A stretch of DNA of 32,000 bases from Nitrosopumilus maritimus SCM1 (GCF_000018465.1 NC_010085.1:30001-62000), one strand, 5' to 3'. Positions 1-8,304 are shown, counted from the first letter of the stretch. Notes: a model not told the origin generated them from the sequence alone. Numbers and translations are program-made.

Positions 1-1
1 C

Positions 2-280
2 TTTGGAATCTCAAAACTAGTAAGACTAGTTGAAAAGTACTCTAAACGACTCCAGATTCAAGAACGCCTAACCAAAAACATTGCAGATGAACTATACTCT
101 CAAGGTGTCAAGGGAGTAGTTGTTTTAGCTGATGCAGAGCACCTATGTATGAAAATGCGTGGTGTCAGAAATGATGCAACACTATCATCATCAGCATTTA
201 GAGGAATTTATGAAAATAAAGAGGATAAAGAGAGCATTATGACTCTAATTCGAAAACGTGCTTCAGATTCTGCATATTAG
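2..280 (+). CDS. folE: GTP cyclohydrolase I (FolE), C-terminal fragment; 5' end lies outside the window
   Basis: Frame 2 reads FGISKLVRLVEKYSKRLQIQERLTKNIADEL...VVVLADAEHLCMKMRGVRN...stop at 278-280. The QERLT and EHxCMxMRGV motifs are FolE hallmarks. The ORF is open to the window edge. Confidence 0.8.
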   Translation, partial: FGISKLVRLVEKYSKRLQIQERLTKNIADELYSQGVKGVVVLADAEHLCMKMRGVRNDATLSSSAFRGIYENKEDKESIMTLIRKRASDSAY

Positions 281-320
281 ATACTCAAAAATTAAATACC
301 GATTCTATTTCAAAAAACTC

Positions 321-575
321 ATGGATGACGGAAGAAAGATTGCATATATCCCAAAAGAAGGATGGCCAAAATTTACTTGGTATGCAATTGAATTTGCAAT
401 AGTCCTTGCAGTCTGTATGTTGATTGCAAGAGAAGTTGTTGCAACTCTATCCGAATTGTCTCCAGACCTTCAGAACTATATCTGGTGGGGAATCACTGGA
501 TTGATTTTCTTGGCATGGTATATTGGAATAAGAGGATTTATTCTAAAAAAGAAAATTCTAAACAACAGATACTAG
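321..575 (+). CDS. small membrane protein, two predicted TM helices, unknown function
   Basis: ORF 258-575 in the track. The 258 start overlaps folE, so the in-frame ATG at 321 (MDDGRKIAY...) is more plausible. Hydrophobic stretches are FTWYAIEFAIVLAVCMLIA and IWWGITGLIFLAWYIGI. Confidence 0.45.
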   Translation: MDDGRKIAYIPKEGWPKFTWYAIEFAIVLAVCMLIAREVVATLSELSPDLQNYIWWGITGLIFLAWYIGIRGFILKKKILNNRY

Positions 576-577
576 AA

Positions 578-1252
578 TTATTTTAGATATTTTGTTTTGT
601 CTGTAACTCCTGCTTTCTCAAATGCAATCTTTCTATTATTGCAAGACTCACAAACACCACAATGCAGTTTTTTGTTTGAATAACAACTCCAAGTTCTAAA
701 GATGGAATCACCTAACACTTTCTTTCCTTTCTTTAACAAGTCACTTTTTGATAACCCTTCTCTGTATGGAGACCAAATCTTTATCTTTTTTCTTATTTTT
801 GAATTAATCCCATCAATCTCGCCTTGATTGAATGCTGATTCTAGTTTCTTTGCAAAGGCAGGTCTGCAATCCGGATAGTACTTGTCTCCTGTATGTGCAC
901 CATAAACGACTAGGGATGCGTTTAGGGTATATGCCCATGCAGATGCAACTGAGAGAAACACTGCATTTCTAATTGGTACTACTATAGAGTACTCAAATTT
1001 GCTTGGAATCTTTCTTTTTGAGCTAGTCAAGACATTAGAGTCACCGTACAACTCTTTCATAAAACCAATATCGATAATCTTGTGCTGTTTTAGTCCTAAT
1101 TTCTTTGCAAATGATTTTGTAGCAGAAATCTCCATGTTTGCTTTCTGACCATATGAAAAAGTAATTCCATACAACTCGTACTTTGATTTTAGAAATGATA
1201 CTGCACAAACAGAGTCAACTCCTCCACTAAAAACAACTACTGCTTTTTTCAT
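578..1252 (-). CDS. queC: 7-cyano-7-deazaguanine (preQ0) synthase QueC
   Basis: N-terminal PP-loop VVVFSGGVDSVCAV. C-terminal zinc cluster CYSNKKLHCGVCESCNNR is typical of QueC/ExsB. Confidence 0.85.
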   Translation of the reverse strand: MKKAVVVFSGGVDSVCAVSFLKSKYELYGITFSYGQKANMEISATKSFAKKLGLKQHKIIDIGFMKELYGDSNVLTSSKRKIPSKFEYSIVVPIRNAVFLSVASAWAYTLNASLVVYGAHTGDKYYPDCRPAFAKKLESAFNQGEIDGINSKIRKKIKIWSPYREGLSKSDLLKKGKKVLGDSIFRTWSCYSNKKLHCGVCESCNNRKIAFEKAGVTDKTKYLK

Positions 1253-1255
1253 GAC

Positions 1256-2179
1256 TCATCTTCTTTTGTCTGCAGCACCTTTACTTGGTTTGCAGATTAC
1301 TGTCTGACATTCTGTTTTTGCTGATGCAAATCCTCTTGACATTGCAGAACTGATCTTTTTCAAATCAGCTGAACTTTTAGAAAATGCAATTACTGAAGGT
1401 CCTGCTCCACTGATTGTTACGCCTAATGCCCCTGCTTTTAGGGCATTTTCTTTTACCTTGTCAAATCCTGGAATCATATGCTTTCTTGCAGGTTCTACAA
1501 TTACATCTTTGATTGAGTTTCCGATTAATTCTGGATCTTTTTTCATAAATCCTGCAACAATTGCAGATGCGTTTGATAAATTCAAAATACTGTCTGTTAG
1601 TTTCACTTTCTTTGGAATTACTCCTCTTGAAACCTTGGTCTTCTTTTTTGGAACCTCAAGTTTTGGAACAGCAACACACATTCTAAGATTTGTTGGAGGA
1701 TCTACTCTGGTTACTTGCAATGGATTTGTTTTAACAATTACAAATCCTCCTAATACGGAAGCTGCAACATTATCATAATGAACTGATCCTGCACTTGCTT
1801 TTTCACCAGATCCTGCAAACTCTACTAGAGAATTTCCATCTAACTTTAATCCAAATAATTTGTCAAATGCTACTGCTGTAGCAGCAGCTGATGCGGCACT
1901 ACTTCCCATTCCAAATCCTGCAGGAACGCCTTTCTTGATTTTAATCTCTACTCCACTTTTTATCTTGAATTTTTTTTTCATATTTTTTACAACTAGTCCT
2001 GCAGTATTATTGTCTGGCTTTGTTGGAATGTTGTCATCAGTTACTATTGTGATTCTACTTTTTGTTTTGGTGAGAGTCACTTCGTCATAAAATGCATCTA
2101 CTGCCAAACCAAATACGTCAAATCCTGGACCTAGATTTGCTGTAGACGAAGGTGCTTTTACTGTAACTTTTGATGCCAC
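1256..2179 (-). CDS. thrB: homoserine kinase (GHMP kinase family)
   Basis: APSSTANLGPGFDVFG N-terminal motif, GHMP ATP loop PAGFGMGSSAASAAA, and HYDNVAASVLGG. GTG start overlaps the upstream stop by 1 nt (TAGTG). Confidence 0.85.
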   Translation of the reverse strand: MASKVTVKAPSSTANLGPGFDVFGLAVDAFYDEVTLTKTKSRITIVTDDNIPTKPDNNTAGLVVKNMKKKFKIKSGVEIKIKKGVPAGFGMGSSAASAAATAVAFDKLFGLKLDGNSLVEFAGSGEKASAGSVHYDNVAASVLGGFVIVKTNPLQVTRVDPPTNLRMCVAVPKLEVPKKKTKVSRGVIPKKVKLTDSILNLSNASAIVAGFMKKDPELIGNSIKDVIVEPARKHMIPGFDKVKENALKAGALGVTISGAGPSVIAFSKSSADLKKISSAMSRGFASAKTECQTVICKPSKGAADKRR

Positions 2180-2937
2180 TAATCTTCTACCTCTTCGCCC
2201 AAATTAAGAATTCTGCTAAGAGCTCCCTCTAGATTGACAAATCCATCTCCAGTTACATTTGAGATTGGAATTAGTCCCTGTGCAAATCCGCTAAGATTCA
2301 ATCCTCTCAAGATGTTTGTAGTCAGAGTATAGGTATCTCCATCTGCATCATTTGCAATAGCACTCTCCAAAGTACTCAAACTACTTGACCATTGTAGAAT
2401 GTTTTTGAGATTGGCCCCAATAAGATCAGTTTTTGTCAGTACGTTGATTGTTGGTAGATTAAGTCGTAGTCTAATTGATGTTGCTAAAAGTGCAATTGAT
2501 ACAAAATTAACTGGAGTTGTAATCAATGCACCATCAAAAAGAAACACACTTGTTTTCTCTTCAGATGAAATGTTGTCTATAAGAAAACGTCCGCTGGAAC
2601 GATATGCAAATAATTCAATTTGTCCTGGTGTGTCAACTATGAGATAATCTGGATTCACTCTGTTTACCTCATTTTGAATATCATCAATCTTTGATGCAAT
2701 CAAATCAGCTGCCATAACTAGTGCACCATTTGGACCAAGATCATATTGTTGCATGATGGACACAATATCTACAAAGTCTCTGACATCAACGTCACAGCTA
2801 TATGGTAAATTTTCTACTCCAGGATCCAAATTTAGAACTGCAGTAAATGCACCGTTCTTTGTATAGTAATCATATAGTTTTGATGAGAGTAATGATTTTC
2901 CTGAACCTGCAGTTCCAGAAACAAAAATGGTCTTCAA
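2179..2937 (-). CDS. GPN-loop GTPase
   Basis: P-loop GTAGSGKS, NLDPG, the diagnostic LGPNGAL (GPN) motif, and DTPGQIE. Confidence 0.85.
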   Translation of the reverse strand: MKTIFVSGTAGSGKSLLSSKLYDYYTKNGAFTAVLNLDPGVENLPYSCDVDVRDFVDIVSIMQQYDLGPNGALVMAADLIASKIDDIQNEVNRVNPDYLIVDTPGQIELFAYRSSGRFLIDNISSEEKTSVFLFDGALITTPVNFVSIALLATSIRLRLNLPTINVLTKTDLIGANLKNILQWSSSLSTLESAIANDADGDTYTLTTNILRGLNLSGFAQGLIPISNVTGDGFVNLEGALSRILNLGEEVED

Positions 2938-2979
2938 TCTGTCTGATTCATAATCTGCTCATATTTCAAACTAGTTGAG

Positions 2980-3023
2980 AATTACAGAATATTTTTGAGG
3001 CTAATCTCAATTAATTACAGAAT
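2980..3023. repeat. perfect 11-bp direct repeat AATTACAGAAT x2 (2980-2990 and 3013-3023) in a divergent intergenic region
   Basis: Read directly from the sequence. The copies are 33 bp apart, between the GPN GTPase start (2937, minus) and the membrane protein gene (plus). Confidence 0.6.
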
Positions 3024-3104
3024 TTGTGCATGGTTTTAGGCGTGAAAACTCTACTAAACCGATTTTGTCAACTTTCATATTTGATCCTTCAAAGAAATCA
3101 TCAA

Positions 3105-4121
3105 ATGAACTGGAGACTTGCAGCTATTCCTGCTACATTAATTCCAATTATCATTATAGCTATTCAATTTGATATCAAACCTGAAGACGTTCTTGCAATC
3201 GGTTTCTTTCCATTTGTCGGTGCAGTTGTAGCAATGATGATAAAACTAGGACTTCAAGGAGTAAAGTTTGCCTACATTGCAAGGAGATATCTTGGCAATT
3301 TTGATTCTGTTTTGAAATTAACTGGAGTTCGTGTCGGTAGTGAGTTTATCAAATTTACAACTCCGATGTTTATTGGAGCAGAATTCATCGTAATCTATTA
3401 TTTGCACAAAAAGGGAGTAAAGCCCTCAAAATCAACATGGATTGCAATAATGGATATTGTAACTGAAGTGTTTGCAGCTGGATTGTTATCTATAATGGCA
3501 GGAATAATTGCACTGCTAAATGGAGCATATGTTGTTGCCGCAGTAGTTTTGGGAACCAGCATTACTGTCACCACATTGTGGATGGTACTATTCTTCTTGT
3601 CTTCTAAACGCACATTCCAAGTTCCTAAAGTTTTGGGAAAACTTGCACAAAGATTTGGAAAAGAGAAAGGTACCAAGTATATAGAACAAACAAACTCTTG
3701 GATGGAAGAAGTGTGTACTATGAGTAGAGAAAATCTCAAAACTTCTGAATCAAAAAAGGTCTTTACAATATCATTCTTGTTTTCAATAGCATCTTGGTCA
3801 TTTTATGGAATTTCATTTATGATCATTGCAATGGGAACTGGATATGTTATCAACGCATTTGATTCTATTATGGCTGTAATGGGGGCAAATGCAATTGGAA
3901 ATCTTCCAATCACTATTGGTGGTTCTGGCCTTGCTGAATTTGGAATTGTTGCATATCTTAACAATCTAAATCCATTTGACTTTGATGCTTCCCAAGGTGG
4001 TTTAGCTTGGGATGCAGTAATAGGCTGGAGAATTGCAACATACTATGTACCAATTGTGATTACTTGGTTGCTTTTAGTAAAACTAGCCTTGAGTAGAATC
4101 TCAAAACCTCAAGCCACATAG
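3105..4121 (+). CDS. polytopic membrane protein, UPF0104 / lysyl-phosphatidylglycerol-synthase-TM-like (flippase-like) family
   Basis: About 8 hydrophobic helices. The C-terminal motif NLPITIGGSGLAEFG resembles the PGGxGxxE signature of UPF0104. The track ORF starts at TTG 3024. The ATG at 3105 (MNWRLAAIP...) is preferred, but the start is uncertain. Confidence 0.55.
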   Translation: MNWRLAAIPATLIPIIIIAIQFDIKPEDVLAIGFFPFVGAVVAMMIKLGLQGVKFAYIARRYLGNFDSVLKLTGVRVGSEFIKFTTPMFIGAEFIVIYYLHKKGVKPSKSTWIAIMDIVTEVFAAGLLSIMAGIIALLNGAYVVAAVVLGTSITVTTLWMVLFFLSSKRTFQVPKVLGKLAQRFGKEKGTKYIEQTNSWMEEVCTMSRENLKTSESKKVFTISFLFSIASWSFYGISFMIIAMGTGYVINAFDSIMAVMGANAIGNLPITIGGSGLAEFGIVAYLNNLNPFDFDASQGGLAWDAVIGWRIATYYVPIVITWLLLVKLALSRISKPQAT

Positions 4122-4155
4122 AAACCACTTTATCTTAAAACGATTTTTTTGATTT

Positions 4156-4950
4156 GTGGATTTCAAAAACAAAACAGTATTGATTACTGGAGCATCATCT
4201 GGAATCGGAAAGCAAACTGCAATTGAATTTGCAAAGCTTGGTGCGAACATAATTCTTGTTGCAAGAAGAAAAGAAAAGTTGGATGAGCTTGCAAGCGAAT
4301 TAGAAAAATTCAAAGTAACAACATTTGTCTGCAAATGTGATGTCTCAGATAAAACGCAAGTAAAAGAAATGTCAAAGACTGTTTTAGAAAAATTTGATTC
4401 TGTTGACGTGTTGGTAAATAATGCTGGTTTTGCAATTTATGGTTCTGTTAAAGATCTATCTGTTGATGAAATAGAATCCCAGATGGAAACAAATTATTTT
4501 GGAATGATGTATTGTATCAAAAACTTTCTACCTTCCATGTTGGATAAAAAATCTGGTCATATAGTCAATGTTGCATCAGTTGCTGCAAGCTTTGGCCTTC
4601 CTGGAATTGCATCATATTGTGCATCAAAATTTGCAATACTAGGATTTTCAGAGGGTCTTAAACATGAACTACATGGTACTGGAGTAGGAATTACTGTTGT
4701 TAGTCCAATAATGGTTAGAACAGACTTTTTTGATCATCCTTCATTTGAGAAAATGCCAAAATATTCCCCCACATCACTTAGTTCTAAAACTGTTGCAAAA
4801 GCAATTCTAAAGGCTGCAAACTCTCCTAGATTAGAAATTATTGTTCCTTCTGTGGTTAGAAGTGCTGTATGGTTAAAGCATACATTTCCTTATTTCATTA
4901 ACCCTATCATGGGAAAGTCTTTCAAAAAACAATTAGACGCTGTAAAGTAA
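4156..4950 (+). CDS. short-chain dehydrogenase/reductase (classical SDR)
   Basis: Cofactor motif TGASSGIG, NNAG, and catalytic S...YCASK. GTG start. Confidence 0.85.
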   Translation: MDFKNKTVLITGASSGIGKQTAIEFAKLGANIILVARRKEKLDELASELEKFKVTTFVCKCDVSDKTQVKEMSKTVLEKFDSVDVLVNNAGFAIYGSVKDLSVDEIESQMETNYFGMMYCIKNFLPSMLDKKSGHIVNVASVAASFGLPGIASYCASKFAILGFSEGLKHELHGTGVGITVVSPIMVRTDFFDHPSFEKMPKYSPTSLSSKTVAKAILKAANSPRLEIIVPSVVRSAVWLKHTFPYFINPIMGKSFKKQLDAVK

Positions 4951-4957
4951 TTCTGAA

Positions 4958-5362
4958 TTACTCTTCTTCGTCATCATCTGCGGCTTCATTAGAGCCTACA
5001 TCTAACAATTCAAGTGATTTTAACTCAAATTGATAAATTGCATTCATATCAATCTCTTTTTCTTTTTCTAAATACTCTGAGACTTTTTTGCTAAGTGGTG
5101 CTTTGTGTTGATCAAAAACAAATTCATAGACTTCTCCTTTTAACAAGTCATCTATCTTGACACTTTTTGGAACATCCATAGTTACAATGTGTCTTCCGTC
5201 TTCTACAGCATCATACAATTGAACATCAATTTTGTTATCTTCGTAATAAAACTCTAGTATGTATCCAGATTTTTTTAGTTCTTCAGGTTTTTTGAATTTT
5301 GCATTCTGAATCTCATCAGTAACCCATTCAGGAATTTCATCTTCTTTTTTCTTTTTTACCAT
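4958..5362 (-). CDS. hypothetical protein with basic N-terminus and strongly acidic C-terminal tail
   Basis: 134-aa ORF with no competing frame. It begins MVKKKKEDE and ends NEAADDDEEE. It lies 11 nt downstream of the zinc-ribbon ORF on the same strand. I recognise no family. Confidence 0.5.
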   Translation of the reverse strand: MVKKKKEDEIPEWVTDEIQNAKFKKPEELKKSGYILEFYYEDNKIDVQLYDAVEDGRHIVTMDVPKSVKIDDLLKGEVYEFVFDQHKAPLSKKVSEYLEKEKEIDMNAIYQFELKSLELLDVGSNEAADDDEEE

Positions 5363-5373
5363 AATAACTCACG

Positions 5374-5685
5374 CTAGTTTTCAGCTTTTTCTTTTTTGCT
5401 CTTTGACCACCATTCTAAATAGTCATCATGCTTATCATCACGTGTTCTTTCTTTTTGGTTGAGTTTGTATCTGATGTCTGAAACTTGTTCTCTTGTTGCG
5501 TAAAGACCACATCGTTTACAAACAAAATTTCTTCTATTCTTCTCATCCATCTTCATTGGAATGTCAATTTCATCGTATAACTTGAAAAGATCCTCTCTGC
5601 TTCTTTCTTCTTCAGGAACTTCAGATTCATATTTTTCTTGAATCTTTTTTCTCTCTCTGTGTGTACATTCTGGACAGTTAGGCAC
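5374..5685 (-). CDS. hypothetical split zinc-ribbon protein
   Basis: 103-aa ORF with a GTG start and no in-frame ATG upstream. It has CPEC at residues 4-7 and CKRC at 56-59. It is highly charged (K/E/R/D rich). Confidence 0.5.
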   Translation of the reverse strand: MPNCPECTHRERKKIQEKYESEVPEEERSREDLFKLYDEIDIPMKMDEKNRRNFVCKRCGLYATREQVSDIRYKLNQKERTRDDKHDDYLEWWSKSKKEKAEN

Positions 5686-5752
5686 TGATGATTTGGCTTA
5701 ATTTTTTCCATAAAAGCGTTCCCACATTGTAAATTGATCGATAAACATCTGA

Positions 5753-5808
5753 CACGCGGATTTTTTCATCATCCCTTTCGGTCCGTTCGCCCATCGAAAT
5801 CCCGCGTG
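5753..5808 (-). ncRNA. candidate structured small RNA or RNA element (GC-rich hairpin), class unknown
   Basis: Arms 5753-5763 and 5797-5808 pair as 7 contiguous G/C-rich bp, a 1-nt bulge, then 4 A-U bp. On the minus strand the interior reads CGAUGGGCGAACGGACCGAAAGGGAUGAUGAAA, with CC-GAAA-GG (a GNRA-type loop) and a GAUGAUGA run. The strand call is tentative. Confidence 0.3.
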
Positions 5809-5817
5809 CCAGACGAG

Positions 5818-5834
5818 CAAAATTCAAAAAATAA
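5818..5834 (-). terminator. oligo-T tract immediately after the glycosyltransferase stop (putative archaeal terminator)
   Basis: The minus strand reads TTATTTTTTGAATTTTG, starting 5 nt after the TAA stop at 5839-5841. Confidence 0.3.
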
Positions 5835-5838
5835 TGTA

Positions 5839-7083
5839 TTATCTCTTTTCTTCTAACGTTTGGGCAGCAATCTTTGCTGAATTTTCAGCCCCGTTTGGGA
5901 CAAAATTCTTTGAAAATTCGTTTAAACTCTCTTCAAATCTCTCATAATTTGCTCTAATCTTTGATATTCCTTCAATTACCTGCTTTGTTTTTGTGGCTAG
6001 AATTCCCAAATTCTTCTCTTCGGCCCATTTGATGTTGTTAGTGTGCTCATCATAGATGGGAATGCCGATGATTGGCTTTGTTTTACCACCCATAATCTCG
6101 CCCATTACTGTATGTGAACCATTCACTACAGCATATTTGCATAGATCCAACACAGTATCCTTTTCCTGTTCTGAAAGAAATCCAATATCAATCTGAATCC
6201 AATCTATTTTCTTCTCTAATGCATCAGATATGGAATATCTCTTTCCATCTTTGCCAATAACAGAATCAATATTTGGATCATTTCTTGCATGTGAAATTAT
6301 CCTCTTTTCTGTTTTCATTTCCTCTTTATGAAATACTTCTTCGTATCTTTGACCAGTTCCATCATTTGTTGATTTGTTTCCAGTTCTCATCCAATACCCA
6401 AATTCATCATTCTCAATTAGTTTTTCAAGATCAGAACTGTCAGTCTTTTCAATTTTCTTACTGTTTGTAAAGTGACCAACATAAGTCACCTTTTCTTCAG
6501 CTTCTTCTATGACATTTAGATTGTACTCACACATTGTATAAGGTGGTGGAGAGTCTGCAACAAGAATCTTTGATGCTTTTTGAATTTGTTTTGCAACAAA
6601 TATCAGTGATGGATATAGATATGATCTTGAATTGTATAATCTCGGTCTGAATTGATTTGTTATGAATAAGCTTGGTATGTTTCTGTTTTTTGCTAAAATA
6701 TTTGATCCCATATCTCCATCATTAATTACCAAATCAAATTTTTCTTTATTGTAGAGTTTTCTCTCTTCTCGAAGATAATTTGCAATCTGTCTTACTAGTG
6801 GTGGATTCTTTGAAATTGGTAATAGCAAATTCATTAATGACATTGAAACACTTGGACCAAACTTTCCATCAATAGGAGTTGGCATTAAAATTTCATGAAT
6901 TTTCTCTCTTTCATCTGGAAATTTTTTCAACAATTTTTCGTATACGTGGTCTTTGCTGGAGAAATGAACCTCAAAGTCTTCTTTGATGTGATCTCCAAGA
7001 ACTTCATTTAACCTCATCATTCTTGAATAGTGACCACTTCCCCATGGGTAGATGAATTCTCCTATTTTGAGCACAATATGCAA
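5839..7083 (-). CDS. GT-B fold glycosyltransferase (MJ1255 / MurG-like family)
   Basis: N-terminal GSGHYSR glycine-rich loop. The C-terminal NGSHTVMGEIMGGKTKPIIGIPIYDEHTNN resembles the GT28/GT1 nucleotide-sugar binding region. Confidence 0.6.
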   Translation of the reverse strand: MHIVLKIGEFIYPWGSGHYSRMMRLNEVLGDHIKEDFEVHFSSKDHVYEKLLKKFPDEREKIHEILMPTPIDGKFGPSVSMSLMNLLLPISKNPPLVRQIANYLREERKLYNKEKFDLVINDGDMGSNILAKNRNIPSLFITNQFRPRLYNSRSYLYPSLIFVAKQIQKASKILVADSPPPYTMCEYNLNVIEEAEEKVTYVGHFTNSKKIEKTDSSDLEKLIENDEFGYWMRTGNKSTNDGTGQRYEEVFHKEEMKTEKRIISHARNDPNIDSVIGKDGKRYSISDALEKKIDWIQIDIGFLSEQEKDTVLDLCKYAVVNGSHTVMGEIMGGKTKPIIGIPIYDEHTNNIKWAEEKNLGILATKTKQVIEGISKIRANYERFEESLNEFSKNFVPNGAENSAKIAAQTLEEKR

Positions 7084-7113
7084 CCAAATACGCTGTTTAA
7101 ATTCTCAATGATT

Positions 7114-8220
7114 CTATTCTAGCGAATCCAAAATATCATGTACATTGTTTGGTCCAGCCTGAATGGAAATCACTTTTTTTGTTTTGAGTGCTTTTTCTAC
7201 CTCTTTTTTCACAAAAACAGGAATTTCATCTGAACTAATGGCTGCAATATTTTCTAATTTCTTGATATTTCTCTCCAGTCCAATCTCTTTTGCTTCATCA
7301 AACAAGTTTGTGTCTACTCCAGCTAATGGAACTAGGGGAATCTTCTTTTTTGAAAATACTAGTTTTAGTGCGTTATCCAGAAAATCTGATGAAAATATTT
7401 GTGGTGATATAGCTAAAGACACTCGTTTAATTGAAGACTGTAGCATTATTTCTACAACTGAATTTACATATGTTAGATAATTTTTGACACCTTTTGGATT
7501 TATTTTCAGATGAAAGAACTCTAATTCGATTTTCTCTTGAACTAGTCTTGGAATTATTTGGTTTAGTGTTTTAGCTAGGTTCATCAACTCTGATTTTTGT
7601 CTATAACAGACTATTACCTTTGTATCGTATCCTTGCTTTATGGTCTCATAACAAGAAACTGCAGATAATTCATCATATACTGCACAAATTGTTTTCTCAC
7701 TTTGTGATTGATATGGGATACCGCCTTTTCCTTTATCTGAAAAAATGCAGATGTATGCATTATTCTTTGTTAGATATGTATACAATAATTTGTCGTAATC
7801 TTGTTCTGTTCCTGGATGTGCACCAAGCTTTGATTTTTTTTCTATAATACTTGATGTAGCTGCAATCTCTACGTCCTTTACAAGAAATCCTTTTGATATT
7901 CCTTCAACTTTGACTAGAAATTTTTCACCTTTTAGAAGTAAATTTCCCCCTACAGAAGTGATTTCAGAAACAATTTCTTGATAATCATTTTTTTTCTGTC
8001 TTGCAATTGCAACCTCTTGAATTCCAAAAAGCATGTTGATTGCAGATGATGCAAATACTGGATCATTTGCATCTACTAAAATAATCTCTCCGTCTCTCTT
8101 TACTGATTTGAATTCTTGATTTTTTATTTTGAGAATCTTTTTGATATTGGAAATTAACTGTGGAATTTTATTTTTTGAAAATATAGTCGGAAAAACTACA
8201 ACATATGATGTTTCATTCAT
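7114..8220 (-). CDS. ThiI-like THUMP-domain protein with degenerate PP-loop
   Basis: The N-terminal ferredoxin-like plus THUMP-like region is followed by GGIPYQSQSEKTICAVYDELSAVSCYETIKQGYDTKVIVCY. This aligns to the ThiI G-x-P...SGGIDS...G segment, but VYDELS replaces SGGxDS. The track start is TTG 8277. ATG 8220 (MNETSYVVVF) is preferred because it leaves an 84-bp divergent promoter region. Confidence 0.6.
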   Translation of the reverse strand: MNETSYVVVFPTIFSKNKIPQLISNIKKILKIKNQEFKSVKRDGEIILVDANDPVFASSAINMLFGIQEVAIARQKKNDYQEIVSEITSVGGNLLLKGEKFLVKVEGISKGFLVKDVEIAATSSIIEKKSKLGAHPGTEQDYDKLLYTYLTKNNAYICIFSDKGKGGIPYQSQSEKTICAVYDELSAVSCYETIKQGYDTKVIVCYRQKSELMNLAKTLNQIIPRLVQEKIELEFFHLKINPKGVKNYLTYVNSVVEIMLQSSIKRVSLAISPQIFSSDFLDNALKLVFSKKKIPLVPLAGVDTNLFDEAKEIGLERNIKKLENIAAISSDEIPVFVKKEVEKALKTKKVISIQAGPNNVHDILDSLE

Positions 8221-8304
8221 ATTTTCTACTTTGAAATCTACTTGTTTATAATTTAGGACAAAACTTCGGGTAATCAATATAAAACAAATACTTCAAGTGA
8301 ATAT

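Noticed and set aside
1458-2647. Plus-strand ORFs 1458..1778, 1860..2090 and 2399..2647 lying antisense to thrB and the GPN GTPase.
   Set aside because: They sit entirely inside strongly supported minus-strand genes. Their translations are low-complexity (S/T/F/L/I-rich) with no motifs. They are typical shadow ORFs of AT-rich coding DNA.
5685-5752. Possible C/D-box sRNA on the plus strand: CUGAUGA at 5685-5691 and CUGA at 5749-5752.
   Set aside because: The 57-nt spacing between the boxes is too long for the compact archaeal C/D architecture. I find no convincing D' box. The only C'-like element (UGAUCGA) leaves just 7 nt of guide before the D box. The C box also overlaps the start codon of the minus-strand gene.
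5753-5808. Resemblance of the GC-rich hairpin (minus strand GAUGGGCG...GGAUGAUGA) to a fluoride (crcB-motif) riboswitch, or to an H/ACA sRNA.
   Set aside because: Only short fragments resemble the crcB consensus as I remember it. The downstream gene is not a fluoride transporter. No ACA box follows the basal stem, and there is no obvious pseudouridylation pocket. It is kept only as an unclassified RNA candidate.
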